From an uncultured Sphingomonadales bacterium (lineage in GTDB: Bacteria; Pseudomonadota; Alphaproteobacteria; Sphingomonadales; Sphingomonadaceae), in assembly GCA_903848655.1 (NCBI GenBank), contig CAINGT010000076.1, positions 12,426-76,425 of the forward strand: 64,000 nucleotides of DNA, given 5' to 3'. The notes beneath the pieces are model-generated. The model had not been told where the DNA came from, did not search any database, and saw nothing but the letters and a program-made list of their open reading frames with translations. Both the position numbers and the translations under genes were made by a program. Of the stretch, positions 8,701 through 20,700 are shown piece after piece. Each line of letters opens with the position of its first letter. The stretch's first letter is position 1.

Positions 8701-11700
8701 ATCATCGCCGCCACCGCCATAAATCAGCGATCCGGCCGATGCCGCGCGGATCGCATCGGCCTGGGCCGAACCGATAACTTCCTCAATAGCATACAGCCGG
8801 TCCCCCGCTGCATCGCCACCGAGGCCAAAGCCGCCATCCATATAGATGGTCATGCCGACACTGGCAGAGCCGGAATAATCGACAATATCGAACCCCGCGC
8901 CGCCATCGAATGTATCCGCCCCGCCGCTCGACAGGAACGTGTCGTTGCCCGCCCCGCCCGCAAAGCTTTCATCGGCAGCCGATCCGGCAAATGTATCGTC
9001 ATAGGCGCTGCCGATCACCGCCTCGATCCCGGTCATCGTATCGCCTTGCGCATCGCCGCCGGTCGACGTGCCCCCGGTGCGGACATATACCGCTGCTGCG
9101 CTTGCCGAATAATCGGCGGTATCATAGCCCGCGCCGCCATCGAGCGCATCGGCCCCGCCGCCGCCGATCAGCGTGTCATTGCCATTGCCGCCCGCCAGCG
9201 AGTCATTACCCGCGCCGCCGGTCAGCGTGTCGTTGCCGTCATAGCCATCGAAATTGGCGGCGCTGGCACCCGCGATCATCGCGTCGGCCCCGCTGGATCC
9301 GACGAATTTTTCGATTTGGGCGAATGTATCGCCTTGGGCATCGCCACCGCTGGCCAGGCCGGTGGCCAGATTGAGCGTAATGCCGACCGAACTGTCGGCA
9401 TAGCTGACGGTGTCAGTGCCCGCGCCGCCGTCCATGCTGTCTGCCCCCGCCCCGCCACGCAGCAGATCGTTGCCGGTGCCGCCGGTCAGCGTATCGTTGC
9501 CCGCAGCCCCGATCAGCGTGTCATCGCCCGCGCCGCCATCGAGCACATCATCGGTATAGCTGCCGGTAAACTGGTCAGCATAGGCCGATCCGATCAGCCG
9601 GGTGATCCCGGTCAACTGATCGCCTTGCGCAATATCACCGCTGCCGGGGCTGCCATCGAGCGCGACGATCACGCCGAGCGCCGCCGCCGCATATGTCACG
9701 ACATCATTGCCGCCGCCGCCGATAATCACATCCGCGCCGCTGCCGGGATTGAACGTATCATCGCCAAGACCGCCCGACAGCGTATCGGCGCTGGCCCCGC
9801 CCGACAGCGTGTCGTTATAGTCCGAGCCGATCACGTGTTCGATGCCGATCAGCGCATCGCCCGCCGCGTCGCCGGCGCTGCCGCTGCCCGAAGCCAGCGA
9901 TACCGCCACCGCAGCCCCGGCATTGGCATAAGATGCCGCATCGGTCCCCGCGCCGCCATCGAGGGTATCCGCGCCCGCGCCGCCAATCAGCGTGTCATTG
10001 CCCGCCCCGCCCGACAGATATTCCGCCGCCGCCGTGCCCACCAGCATATCGGCATAAGCCGATCCGATCACGCGTTCGATAGTGCTGACAATATCGCCCG
10101 TCGCGTCGCCGCCGTACGATTCGGTCACCCCGTCAAGATAGACGGTAACGCCCGCGCCGCTTGCCGAATAATCGACCGTGTCGGTGCCCGCGCCGCCATC
10201 GATGCTATCCGCGCCAGTGCCGCCGATCAGCGTATCGTTGCCCGCGCCGCCCGACAGACTGTCCGCCCCGCCCGCGCCCGACAGCCAATCGTCACCCGCG
10301 CCGCCGATCAGCGTATCGGCGCTGCTGCTGCCCGCCAGCGTGTCGGCAAAGGCACTGCCGATCAGCACTTCGATGGCGCTGATGACATCGCCTGCGGCAT
10401 CGCCGCCGCTGCCAAGCCCGGTGGACAGATCGACCGCGATGCTCGCGCTGCTGGCCGAATAATCGAGCGTGTCGATCCCTGCGCCGCCATCGAGCGTATC
10501 GGCCCCGGCGCTGCCGAGCAGCGTGTCGTTGCCATCCATCCCCAGCAACAGATCGGCCCCGGTGAAGCCGTTGAGCACATCGGCAAACGCCGAGCCTTTG
10601 ATCGCTTCGATCCCTGACAGCACATCGCCCGCCGCATCGCCGCCGATGCCCGCCGTGCCATTCAGCCATACCGATACGCCCGCGCCGCTGGCGCTGTAAT
10701 CGGCCAGATCGGTGCCGCTGCCGCCGACAAGCGTATCCGCACCGCTGCCGCCGATCAGCGTGTCATTGCCCGCGCCGCCATCGAGCGAATCGCTGCCTGC
10801 GCCGCCGGTCAGCGCATCACTGCCCGCGCCGCCCGCAATCGTATCGGCATTGGCGGTGCCGGACAGCGTATCGTCATAGCCCGACCCGATCAGCACCGCG
10901 ATATTGGTCAGCACCGTGCCCGCCGCATTGCTAGAAATGCTGGCGATGCCATCCATCCGCACGGCAATCGCGCTCGCTGCGCCCGAAAAATCGGCAGTAT
11001 TGACCCCGCTGCCGCCATCGAGCGTTTCGGCATAGGCCCCGCCCACCAGCGTATCATCGCCCGCGCCGCCGGACAGGCTGTCAGTGCCGCCGCCGCCGCT
11101 CAGCACATCGTTGCCCGCGCCGCCTTCAAGCGTTTCTGACGCCGCTGTGCCCGTGATCGTGTCGGCAAAGGCGGTGCCGATCACCCGCTCGATGCCGGTC
11201 ACCACATCGCCCGCCGCATCGCCGCCCACGCCCGCGCTGCCATCGAGCGCCAGCGCGAAACCTGCACTGCTGGCGGAATAATCGACCGTATCGATCCCCG
11301 CACCGCCGGTCAGCGTATCGGCCCCGGCGCTGCCATAGATCGTGTCGTTGCCCGCGCCGCCAAACACACTGTCAGCACCGGCGCTGCCGTAGACCACATC
11401 ATCGAGCGATGATCCGATTACCCCCTGAATATTGACCAGCACATCGCCCGCCGCATCGCCGCCGATGCCAGGCGTGCCATCAAGGTACACGGTTACCCCG
11501 CCCAACGACGTCGCATAATCGGCGGTGTTGAACCCAGCCCCGCCATCGAGCGTATCGGCCCCCAGCCCGCCGATCAGCGTATCGTTGCCCGCATCACCAT
11601 AGAGCGCATCGTCACCGCCGCCGCCGGACACGGTATCGTTGCCCGCGCCGCCACGGATGGTTTCGGCCAGATTGCTGCCATTCAAGCGGTCATCAAAGGC

Positions 11701-14700
11701 TGAACCGGTCAATTGCTCAATATTGCTCAGCGTATCGCCCTGCGCATCGCCGCCCGAACCCGCCGTGCCATCAAGATAGACCGTCACCGCAGCGGTGCTG
11801 GCGGTATAATCGGCACTATCGATCCCGCTGCCGCCGTCGATCCGGTCTGCGCCCGTGCCACCGATCAGCGTATCGTTGCCGGTGCCGCCCGTCAGCGTGT
11901 CATTGCCCGCGCCGCCGGTCAAAAGATCATTGCCATCGCCGCCGATCAGTTCGTCATCGCCCGTCGATCCCGCCAGCGCATCGTTGTAACTTGACCCGAT
12001 CAGCCGCTCGATGCTGGCCAGCGTATCGCCTTGCGCCTCTGCCCCGCTGCCCGCGCTGCCATCGAGCGCGATAGTTACCCCGCCGGTCGCAGCCGAATAG
12101 TCTGCGGTGTCGGTGCCGCTGCCGCCGTCGATGACATCAACCCCCGCGCCGCCATAGACCGTATCGTTACCCGCCCCGCCGGTCAGCGTGTCATTGGCGG
12201 TACCAGCGCGGAAACTGTCGGCATTGCCCGATCCGATCACGACTTCGATGCTGGTCAGCAGATCGCCCTCGGCATCACCGCCCGACGACAATTGCCCGTT
12301 CAGATTGACATTCACTCCGACCAGTGATGCGCTGTAATCAGCGGTGTCGATCCCCGCGCCACCATCGAGCGCATCCGCGCCCGACCCGCCGATCAGCGTG
12401 TCATTGTCCGCGCCGCCCGTCAGCGTGTCATTGCCAAGACCACCGGTCAGCGAATCATTACCCGCGCCGCCATCGAGCGCATCATCGCCCGTGCTGCCCG
12501 TCAGCGTATCGGCAAAGGCTGATCCGATCAGACGTTCGATCCCGCTCAGCCGATCCCCGGCGGCATAGCCGCCCGTGCCCGCGCTGCCATCGAGCGCAAT
12601 GCTGACCGCCGCGTCAGAACCGCGGTAATCGACGCTATCGGTACCCAGCCCGCCAATCAGCACATCGGCCCCGGCTGAACCGACCAGCATGTCATCGCCC
12701 GCGCCGCCATCGAGCGTTTCACTGCCCGTGCCGCCGCGCAAAGTATCGGCAAAGCCCGAACCGGTGATCGCCTCAATCGCGATCAGCGTATCACCCGCCG
12801 CATCGCCGCCGCTGTTGGCTGCGCCATCGAGCCCGGCATTCACCCCTGCGCTCGAATCGGCGTAAGTCGCGCTATCGAACCCGGTGCCGCCATCGATGAC
12901 ATCGGCCCCGGCCCCACCCTGGAGCGTATCATCGCCCGCGCCGCCCAGCAGCGTATCCGCGCCCGCGCCGCCAAAAATCTGGTCGTTGCCAGCCCCGGCT
13001 TCGAGCGATTCGTCGGCATCAGACCCGTGCAGCGTATCGGCATAGGCCGTGCCGATCACGCGCTCGATGCCATCGAGCGTATCGCCCGCCGCCTGCCCGC
13101 CTTGCGACACCGAACCATCGGTATAGACATTGATCGCCGACGTTGACCCCGCATAGTCAACCGTATCGAACCCCGTGCCGCCGATCAGCGTATCGGCCCC
13201 GGCGCTGCCCGCTAGCGTGTCATCGCCCGCCCCGCCGTCAAGCACTTCGGCCCCCGCCGCGCCCAAGAGCCGGTCGGCATAGTCAGACCCGGTCAGCCGC
13301 TCAACCCCGGAGATGACATCGCCCGCCGCATCGCCGCCGATACCCGCCGTGCCATCGAGATAGGCGGTGACCCCGGCGGCGGATGTCGCATAAGTCACCG
13401 TATCATTGCCATTGCCGCCGGTGAGCGTGTCGGCCCCGCCGCCGCCGATCAGCACATCATCGCCGCTGCCGCCGGTCAGCACATCGTTGCCCGCGCCGCC
13501 CGCCAGCGTGTCATCGCCCGCGCCGCCCGACAGCGTATCGTCGCCCGCGCTGCCGGTCAGCGCATCGTCGAGCGCCGAGCCGATCACGCGTTCGATACCG
13601 GTCAGCGTATCGCCCTGCGCATCGCCGCCGCTGCCGGTCCCGGTGGACAAGTCCACGCTGACCGCCGCCGCGCTGGTGGAATAATCGGCGGTGTCGGTCC
13701 CAGCGCCGCCATCGAGCGTATCACCGCCGGTTCCACCGACCAGCGTGTCGTTGCCCGCGCCACCATTGAGCGCGTCGGACCCGCCATTGCCGGTCAGCAA
13801 GTCATCGCCCGCGCCGCCATCGAGCGTTTCGCTGCCGCTGCCGCCAGTCAGGATATCGTTGAACGCCGATCCGGTCAGGTGTTCGATGCTGATCGCTTGA
13901 TCGCCCGCCGCATCACCGCCGCTGGCGGCAGAGCCGTCGAGGATCACTTGCACGCCCGCGCCGCTGGCCGAATAATCGACCGTGTCGATCCCCGCGCCGC
14001 CATCGAGCAAATCCGCGCCGCCGCTGCCGATCAGCGTATCGTTGCCCGCGCCGCCAGACAGCGTATCGGCCCCCGCGCCACCGGTCAGGCGGTCATCGCC
14101 AGTGCCGCCGTCCAATTCGCTGGCGGCGTCCGACGCGATCAGCGTATCGTTGTAATCGGACCCGACGACCCATTCGATAGCGCTCAGCACGTCGCCCTGG
14201 GCATCGCCGCCGCTGCCGGTGCCGTGCACCAGATCGACCGCGACGGCGGCCCCGCTGGCCGAATAATCGACCGTATCAAAGCCCGATCCGCCATCGATGC
14301 CGTCCGCGCCCGCGCCGCCGATCAAGAGATCGTTGCCGGTTCCGCCCGCCAGCGTGTCGTTGCCGAGACCGCCGGTCAATGTGTCGTTGCCCGCGCCGCC
14401 CGCCAAGCTGTCATCGCCCATGCTGCCGCCCAGCGCATCGGCAAAGCGCGATCCGGTGATCGCCTCGATCCCGCTCAACTGGTCGCCCGATGCATCGCCG
14501 CTGCCGCCAATCGTCCCGTCGAGCGCGACCGTCACGCCGCTGGCCGAGCCGGAATAGTCGGCGGTATCGAACCCGGCCCCGCCGATCAGCGTATCGCTGC
14601 CCGCGCTGCCGAACAGCGTATCATTGCCCGCGCCGCCATCGAGCACATCGTTGCCCGATCCGCCGCCCAGCCGATCATCGAAGGCCGAACCGGTCAGACG

Positions 14701-17700
14701 GCTGATATTCATCAGCACATCGCCCGCCGCATCGCCGCCCGCCCCGGCCGAACCGTCGAGCGAGACTTGCACGGCGGCGCTGCTGGCCGAATAATCGGCG
14801 GTGTTGGTGCCAGCGCCACCATCCAGTGTATCGGCCCCGGCGCTGCCAAGCAGCGTGTCGTTGCCCGTTCCCCCTTCGATCCACTCCGCGCCGCTGCCGC
14901 CGCCCAGCACGTCGGCGTAGTTCGATCCGATCAGATGTTCGACATTGCTGATGACATCGCCTTGCGCGGTGCCGCCGCTGCCCGCGCTGCCATCGAGCGC
15001 GATTTGCACCCCGGTGTTGGAATTGGCGTAATCGGCGGTGTCGGTACCGCTGCCGCCGTCAATGGTATCGGACCCTTCGCTCGAAACGATGGTGTCGTTG
15101 CCGCTGCCGCCCGCCAGACTGTCGGCCCCCGCGCCGCCTTGCACCACGTCATCGCCCGCGCCGCCTTCAAGCGTGGAGCCGCTGCCGCCACCGACCAGCG
15201 TATCGTTGAACGCCGATCCGATCACATGCTGGATCTGGACCAACTGGTCACCGGCGGCATCGCCGCCCAGCCCCAGCCGTCCATCAAGATAGGCCGCCAC
15301 GGCCGATGCCGAAGCGGCATAGCTGACCGTGTTGACCCCGCTGCCGCCATCGAGCGTATCGGCCCCGGCGCTCCCCAGTATCAGGTCATCGCCGCCGCCC
15401 GCCAGGATCGCTTCGGCCCCGGCCCCGCCGCCCAGCGTATCGGCATAGTCCGACCCGATCAGGTTTTCGATATTGGTGAGTTGATCGCCCAGCGCATCGC
15501 CCGCCATGCCCGCTGCGCCCGACAGATCGACCGCCACCCCGCTGGTGGCATTGGCATAGCTGGCGGTATCAGTGCCCGCGCCGCCGTCAATCACGTCCGC
15601 GCCCGCACCGCCCAGCAGCGTATCGGTGCCCGCGCCGCCCAGCAGCGTGTCGTTGCCCGCGCCGCCCGCGATCCAGTCATCGCCCGCGCCGCCATCGATG
15701 GTATCATCGGACGGGCCGCCGGTGATCGTATCGGCCAGCGCCGAACCGATCACGCCTTCGATAGCGATCAGCACATCACCTTGCGCATCGCCGCCCGCAT
15801 TGGGGGTGCCATCCAGATGGACATTCACCCCGTCGAGCGACCCGGCGTAAGACACGGTGTCTTTGCCCGCGCCGCCATCGATACTATCGCCGCCTGCGCC
15901 GCCAATAATCAGATCATCGCCCGTGCCGCCATACAAGCTGTCGCTGCCTGCGCCGCCAAAGAGTGTGTCATTGCCCGCCCCGCCATCCAAAATATCCGCC
16001 GCACTGCTGCCGGTCAGCACGTCGGCAAAGGCCGATCCGGTGATTGCGTCGATATTGACGAGCACATCGCCCTGGGCATCGCCGCCCGCGCCGGTCGAAC
16101 CGTCCAGTCCGGCGATGACCGCCGCACCGCTCGCCGAATAGTCAGCCGTATCGATCCCCGCCCCGCCATCGAGCGTATCGGCCCCCGCGCCGCCTGCCAG
16201 CGTGTCGTTGCCCGCATCGCCGAACAGGCTGTCTGCACCCGCACCGCCGCTGACCAGATCATTGCCCGCGCCGCCGTGGATTTCATCATCATTGGCGCCG
16301 CCCGCCAGCGTATCGGCAAAGCTTGATCCGCGCACGATCTCGATCGAGATAAACCCATCGCCCGCCGCATCGCCCGCCGTGCCACCGCTGTCGAGCGACA
16401 GGCCGACGCCTGCGCCGGCGCTGCCGTAATCGGCGGTATCGATCCCCGCGCCGCCATCGAGCGTATCAGCCCCCGCGCCGCCGATCAGCGTATCGTCGCC
16501 CGAACCACCGTGCAGCGCCTCATCCGCCGCCGTGCCGATCAGCCGGTCGTCATAGGCCGACCCGATCACCGCCTCGATAGCCATCAGCCGGTCGCCTTCG
16601 GCATCGCCGCCCGCGCTCGCCCCGCCATCGAGCCGCACCGTCACTGCCACGTTCGAAGCGGTATAGTCGATCGTGTCGAACCCGCTGCCGCCATCGATCA
16701 GATCGGCACCGGCGCTGCCGATCACACTGTCATCGCCCGCACCACCGGTGATCGTATCGATCCCGCCGCCGCCGATCAGCGTATCATTGCCCGCCCCGCC
16801 ATCGAGCGCATCATTGTCCGCTCCGCCCTCCAGCCGGTCGGCAAAGGCAGAACCCGACAGCTTTTCGATGCTGATGAGCTGATCGCCCGCGGCATCGCCC
16901 AGCGTTCCCAGCCCGGTGGCGAGCGACACCGCCACGCCCGACCCGGCATCGCTGTAATCGGCGGTGTCAAACCCCGCCCCGCCATCGAGCACATCGGCCC
17001 CGCCGCGCCCGGTCAGCACATCATTGCCCGCCCCGCCGGTCAGCGTGTCATTGGCCAACGTGCCCGCCAGCCCATCATCATAGGCCGATCCGACGAGCCG
17101 CTCGATAGCGAGCAACTGATCGCCTTCGGCCGCGCCGCCGGTCGAAGTCGAACCATCGACCGACACATGCACCCCGGCGGTCGAATCGGAATAATCGACG
17201 GTATCGATTCCCGCCCCGCCATCGAGCAGATCGGCCCCGCCGCCGCCCGTCAGAGTATCATCGCCAGCCCCGCCGAGCAGCGTGTCATTGCCGCCATTGC
17301 CGACGAGCAGATCATTGCCCGCTCCGCCGCTCAACAGATCGGTGCTTTCAGAGCCGGTCAGGCGGTCATCATAGGCCGATCCGATTGCGCCTTCGATACC
17401 GATCAGGCTATCGCCTTGCGCATCGCCGCCCTGGCCAAGGCTGCCGTCGAGCGCGACCGTTACCGCCGCGCTGCTGGCCGAATAATCGACCGTATCGAAC
17501 CCCGCGCCGCCGTCCATGACATCGGCGCCCGCGCTGCCCAGCAGCAGGTCATTGCCCGCGCCGCCGTGCAGCGTGTCATCGGCAGTTCCCCCGCCGAGCG
17601 TATCATCCAGCGCCGAACCGGTCAGCACTTCGATCCCCGACAGCACATCGCCTTGCGCATCGCCGCCATGGCCGGTGCTGCCATCGAGCGCTACCGCCAC

Positions 17701-20700
17701 GCCCGCCGCTGATCCCGCATAGTCCGCCGTGTCGATCCCCGCGCCGCCGATCAGCGTATCGGCCCCTGTGCCGCCGTTCAGCACATCGTTGCCTGATCCA
17801 CCGTCAAGCACTTCGCTGCCCGCGCCGCCCAGCAGCGTATCATCGCCCGCGCCGCCGATCAGCGTGTCAGCCGCAGTCGTTCCAGTCAGCCGGTCATCGA
17901 AACTCGATCCGATCAAGACTTCGACACTGGCGATCTGATCGCCTTGTGCATCGCCGCCCTGGCTGATCGAGCCCTCCAGCCCAACGGTCACGCCTTGCAG
18001 CGATCCTGAATAATCGACCGTGTCGATCCCGTCGCCACCATCGAGGCGATCAGCCCCGCCGCCGCCGACCAGTGTGTCGTTGCCCGCATCGCCATACAAC
18101 GCATCATTGCCCCCGCCGCCGGTCAACGTGTCATCGCCACCCCCGCCATGCAGCGTCGCCGCCTGGCTACCCGCCCACAGCCGGTCAGCATAGGCCGAAC
18201 CGGTCAGGTTCTCGATTGATATCAGGGTATCGCCCTGGGCATCGCCGCCGCTCGCCGCCGACCCGTCCAGCCCCACTGCCACCGCCGCGCCCGAATCCGC
18301 ATAATCAACCGTATCAAGGCCGCTGCCGCCATCGACCACATCGGCCCCCGCACCGCCGCGCAGCGTGTCATCGCCCGCACCGCCGAGCAGCGTGTCACTG
18401 CCATCGCGCCCGATCAGCAGATCATCGCCTGCCCCGCCGTCGATCACATCGGCGCTGATGCCGCCTGCCAGCGTATCCGCACCGGCAGAGCCGATCAGTT
18501 GCTCGATATTGCGCAACACATCGCCTTGCGCGTCGCCGCCCAGTGCGGTCCCGGTGGCAAGGTCGATGTTGATCGGCGCCGCACTGGCCGAATAATCGGC
18601 AACATCCTGGCCCGCCCCGCCGTCAAGCGTATCGGCACCGGCACCGCCCACCAGCGTATCGTTGCCCGCCCCGCCTTCGAGCGATTCATTCGCGGCAGTG
18701 CCATACAAGCGGTCGTCATAGGCGCTGCCGATGACATGTTCGATCCCGGTCAACACATCGCCAGTGGCATCGCCGCCAAGGCTGGTACGGCCATCCAGCC
18801 AGACGCTGACCGCGCCGCTTGATGCGGTGTAATCGACGGTATCGAACCCCGCGCCGCCATCAATGCTGTCAGCCCCGGCTCCGCCAACCAACCGATCATC
18901 GTCGCTGCCGCCAATCAGTGTATCGGCACCCGCGCCGCCTGTCAGCGTGTCGTTGCCCGCCCCGCCTTCAAGCACTGCCGCCGTGCTGCCCGCCGACAGC
19001 GCATCGTCATAGGCCGATCCGATCAGCCGCTCGATCCCGGTCAGCACATCGCCTTGCGCATCGCCGCCCTGGCCGGCCGAACCATCGAGCGATACCGTCA
19101 CTGCATCGTCCGATGCGCTGTAATCGGCGGTGTCAAAGCCTGCTCCGCCGTCAAGCGTATCGGCACCCGCGCCGCCGATCAGCACGTCATCGCCGCTACC
19201 GCCTTGCAACAGATCGGCACCGGTACCGCCATCGAGCGTATCGTTTCCTGCCCCGCCGATCAGCGTGTCATCGGCGCCATTGCCAGCGAGATGGTCATCA
19301 CCCGCGCTGCCGTCGATCGTTTCAGCCGCTGCGGTGCCGGTCAGCGTGTCGTCATACAGCGATCCGATCAGGCGTTCGACCTGGGTGATGCGGTCGCCTT
19401 GCGCATCGCCGCCCTGGCCCGCGCTGCCTTCGAGGCCGATATTGACCGCATCGCTGCTCGCCAGATAGCTGACCGTATCCAGCCCTGCGCCGCCGTCGAT
19501 GGTATCGGCCCCTGCGCCGCCCAGCAGCGTATCGTTGCCATCGCCGCCGATCAGCACATCATTGCCCGCTGATCCGGTCAGGCTGTCATCGAATGCGGAC
19601 CCCACCACGCGTTCGACACCCGACAGGCTGTCACCTTCGGCATCGCCGCCCGAACCGCTGCCGGTGGCCAGATTGACACTGACGGCTGCACCCGATGCGC
19701 TGTAATCGGCAGTGTCGAACCCCGCGCCGCCGATCAGCGTATCGGCCCCGGCGCTGCCCATCAGCGTATCGTCACCCGCCCCGCCATTGAGGATATCGGC
19801 ATTGTCCGAACCATCGAGCACATCGGCGTAACTGGTGCCGATGATCCCCTCGATCGCGATGAACGTATCGCCTTCGGCATCGCCGCCGTGGTTGGCGCGG
19901 CCATCAAGCCCCGCGACGATGGCGGCGGTCGAAGCCGAATAATCGGCCAGATCAGTGCCTGAACCGCCATCGAGCACATCCGCGCCCGCGCCGCCCGCCA
20001 GTGTATCGTTGCCCGCGCCACCGGTCAGCGTGTCATCGCCCGCGCTGCCGGTCAGCCGGTCGGCAAACGCGGAACCCGTCAACTGCTCGATATGGACCAG
20101 CGTATCGCCTTGCGCATCGCCGCCTTCGCCCAGTGACCCGTCGAGTGCAACAACCACTGCGCTGCGCGACTGGCTGTAATCGGCGGTATCGATTCCCGCC
20201 CCACCGTCGAGGAAATCGGCCCCCGCGCCGCCAACCAAAGTGTCATCGCCCGCGCCACCCGCCAGCGCATTGTTGCCCGTATCGCCGGTCAGCGTGTCAT
20301 CGAACGCCGATCCGGTCAGCCCTTCGACAGCGATCAGCGTATCGCCTTCGGCATCGCCGCCATGCGCGGTGCCGGTGGCCAGATTGACGTTTACTGCCGC
20401 CGCCGACGTACTGTAATCGGCAATATCGGTGCCATCGCCGCCATCAAGGATATCCGCGCCCGCCCCGCCCGCCAGCGTATCGTTGCCCGCCCCGCCGCTT
20501 AACTGGTTGGCCCCGTTATCCCCGATCAGCACGTCATTGCGATCAGACCCGATGACATTTTCGATCAACTGATAGCTGTCGCCTTCGGCGGTTCCGCCGG
20601 CACCAGTGCCGGTGGCCAGGTTCACGGAAACCGCCAGCGCTGAATCGCTGTAGTCTGCGCTATCGGAGCCATCGCCGCCGATTAGCGTATCGGCCCCCAG

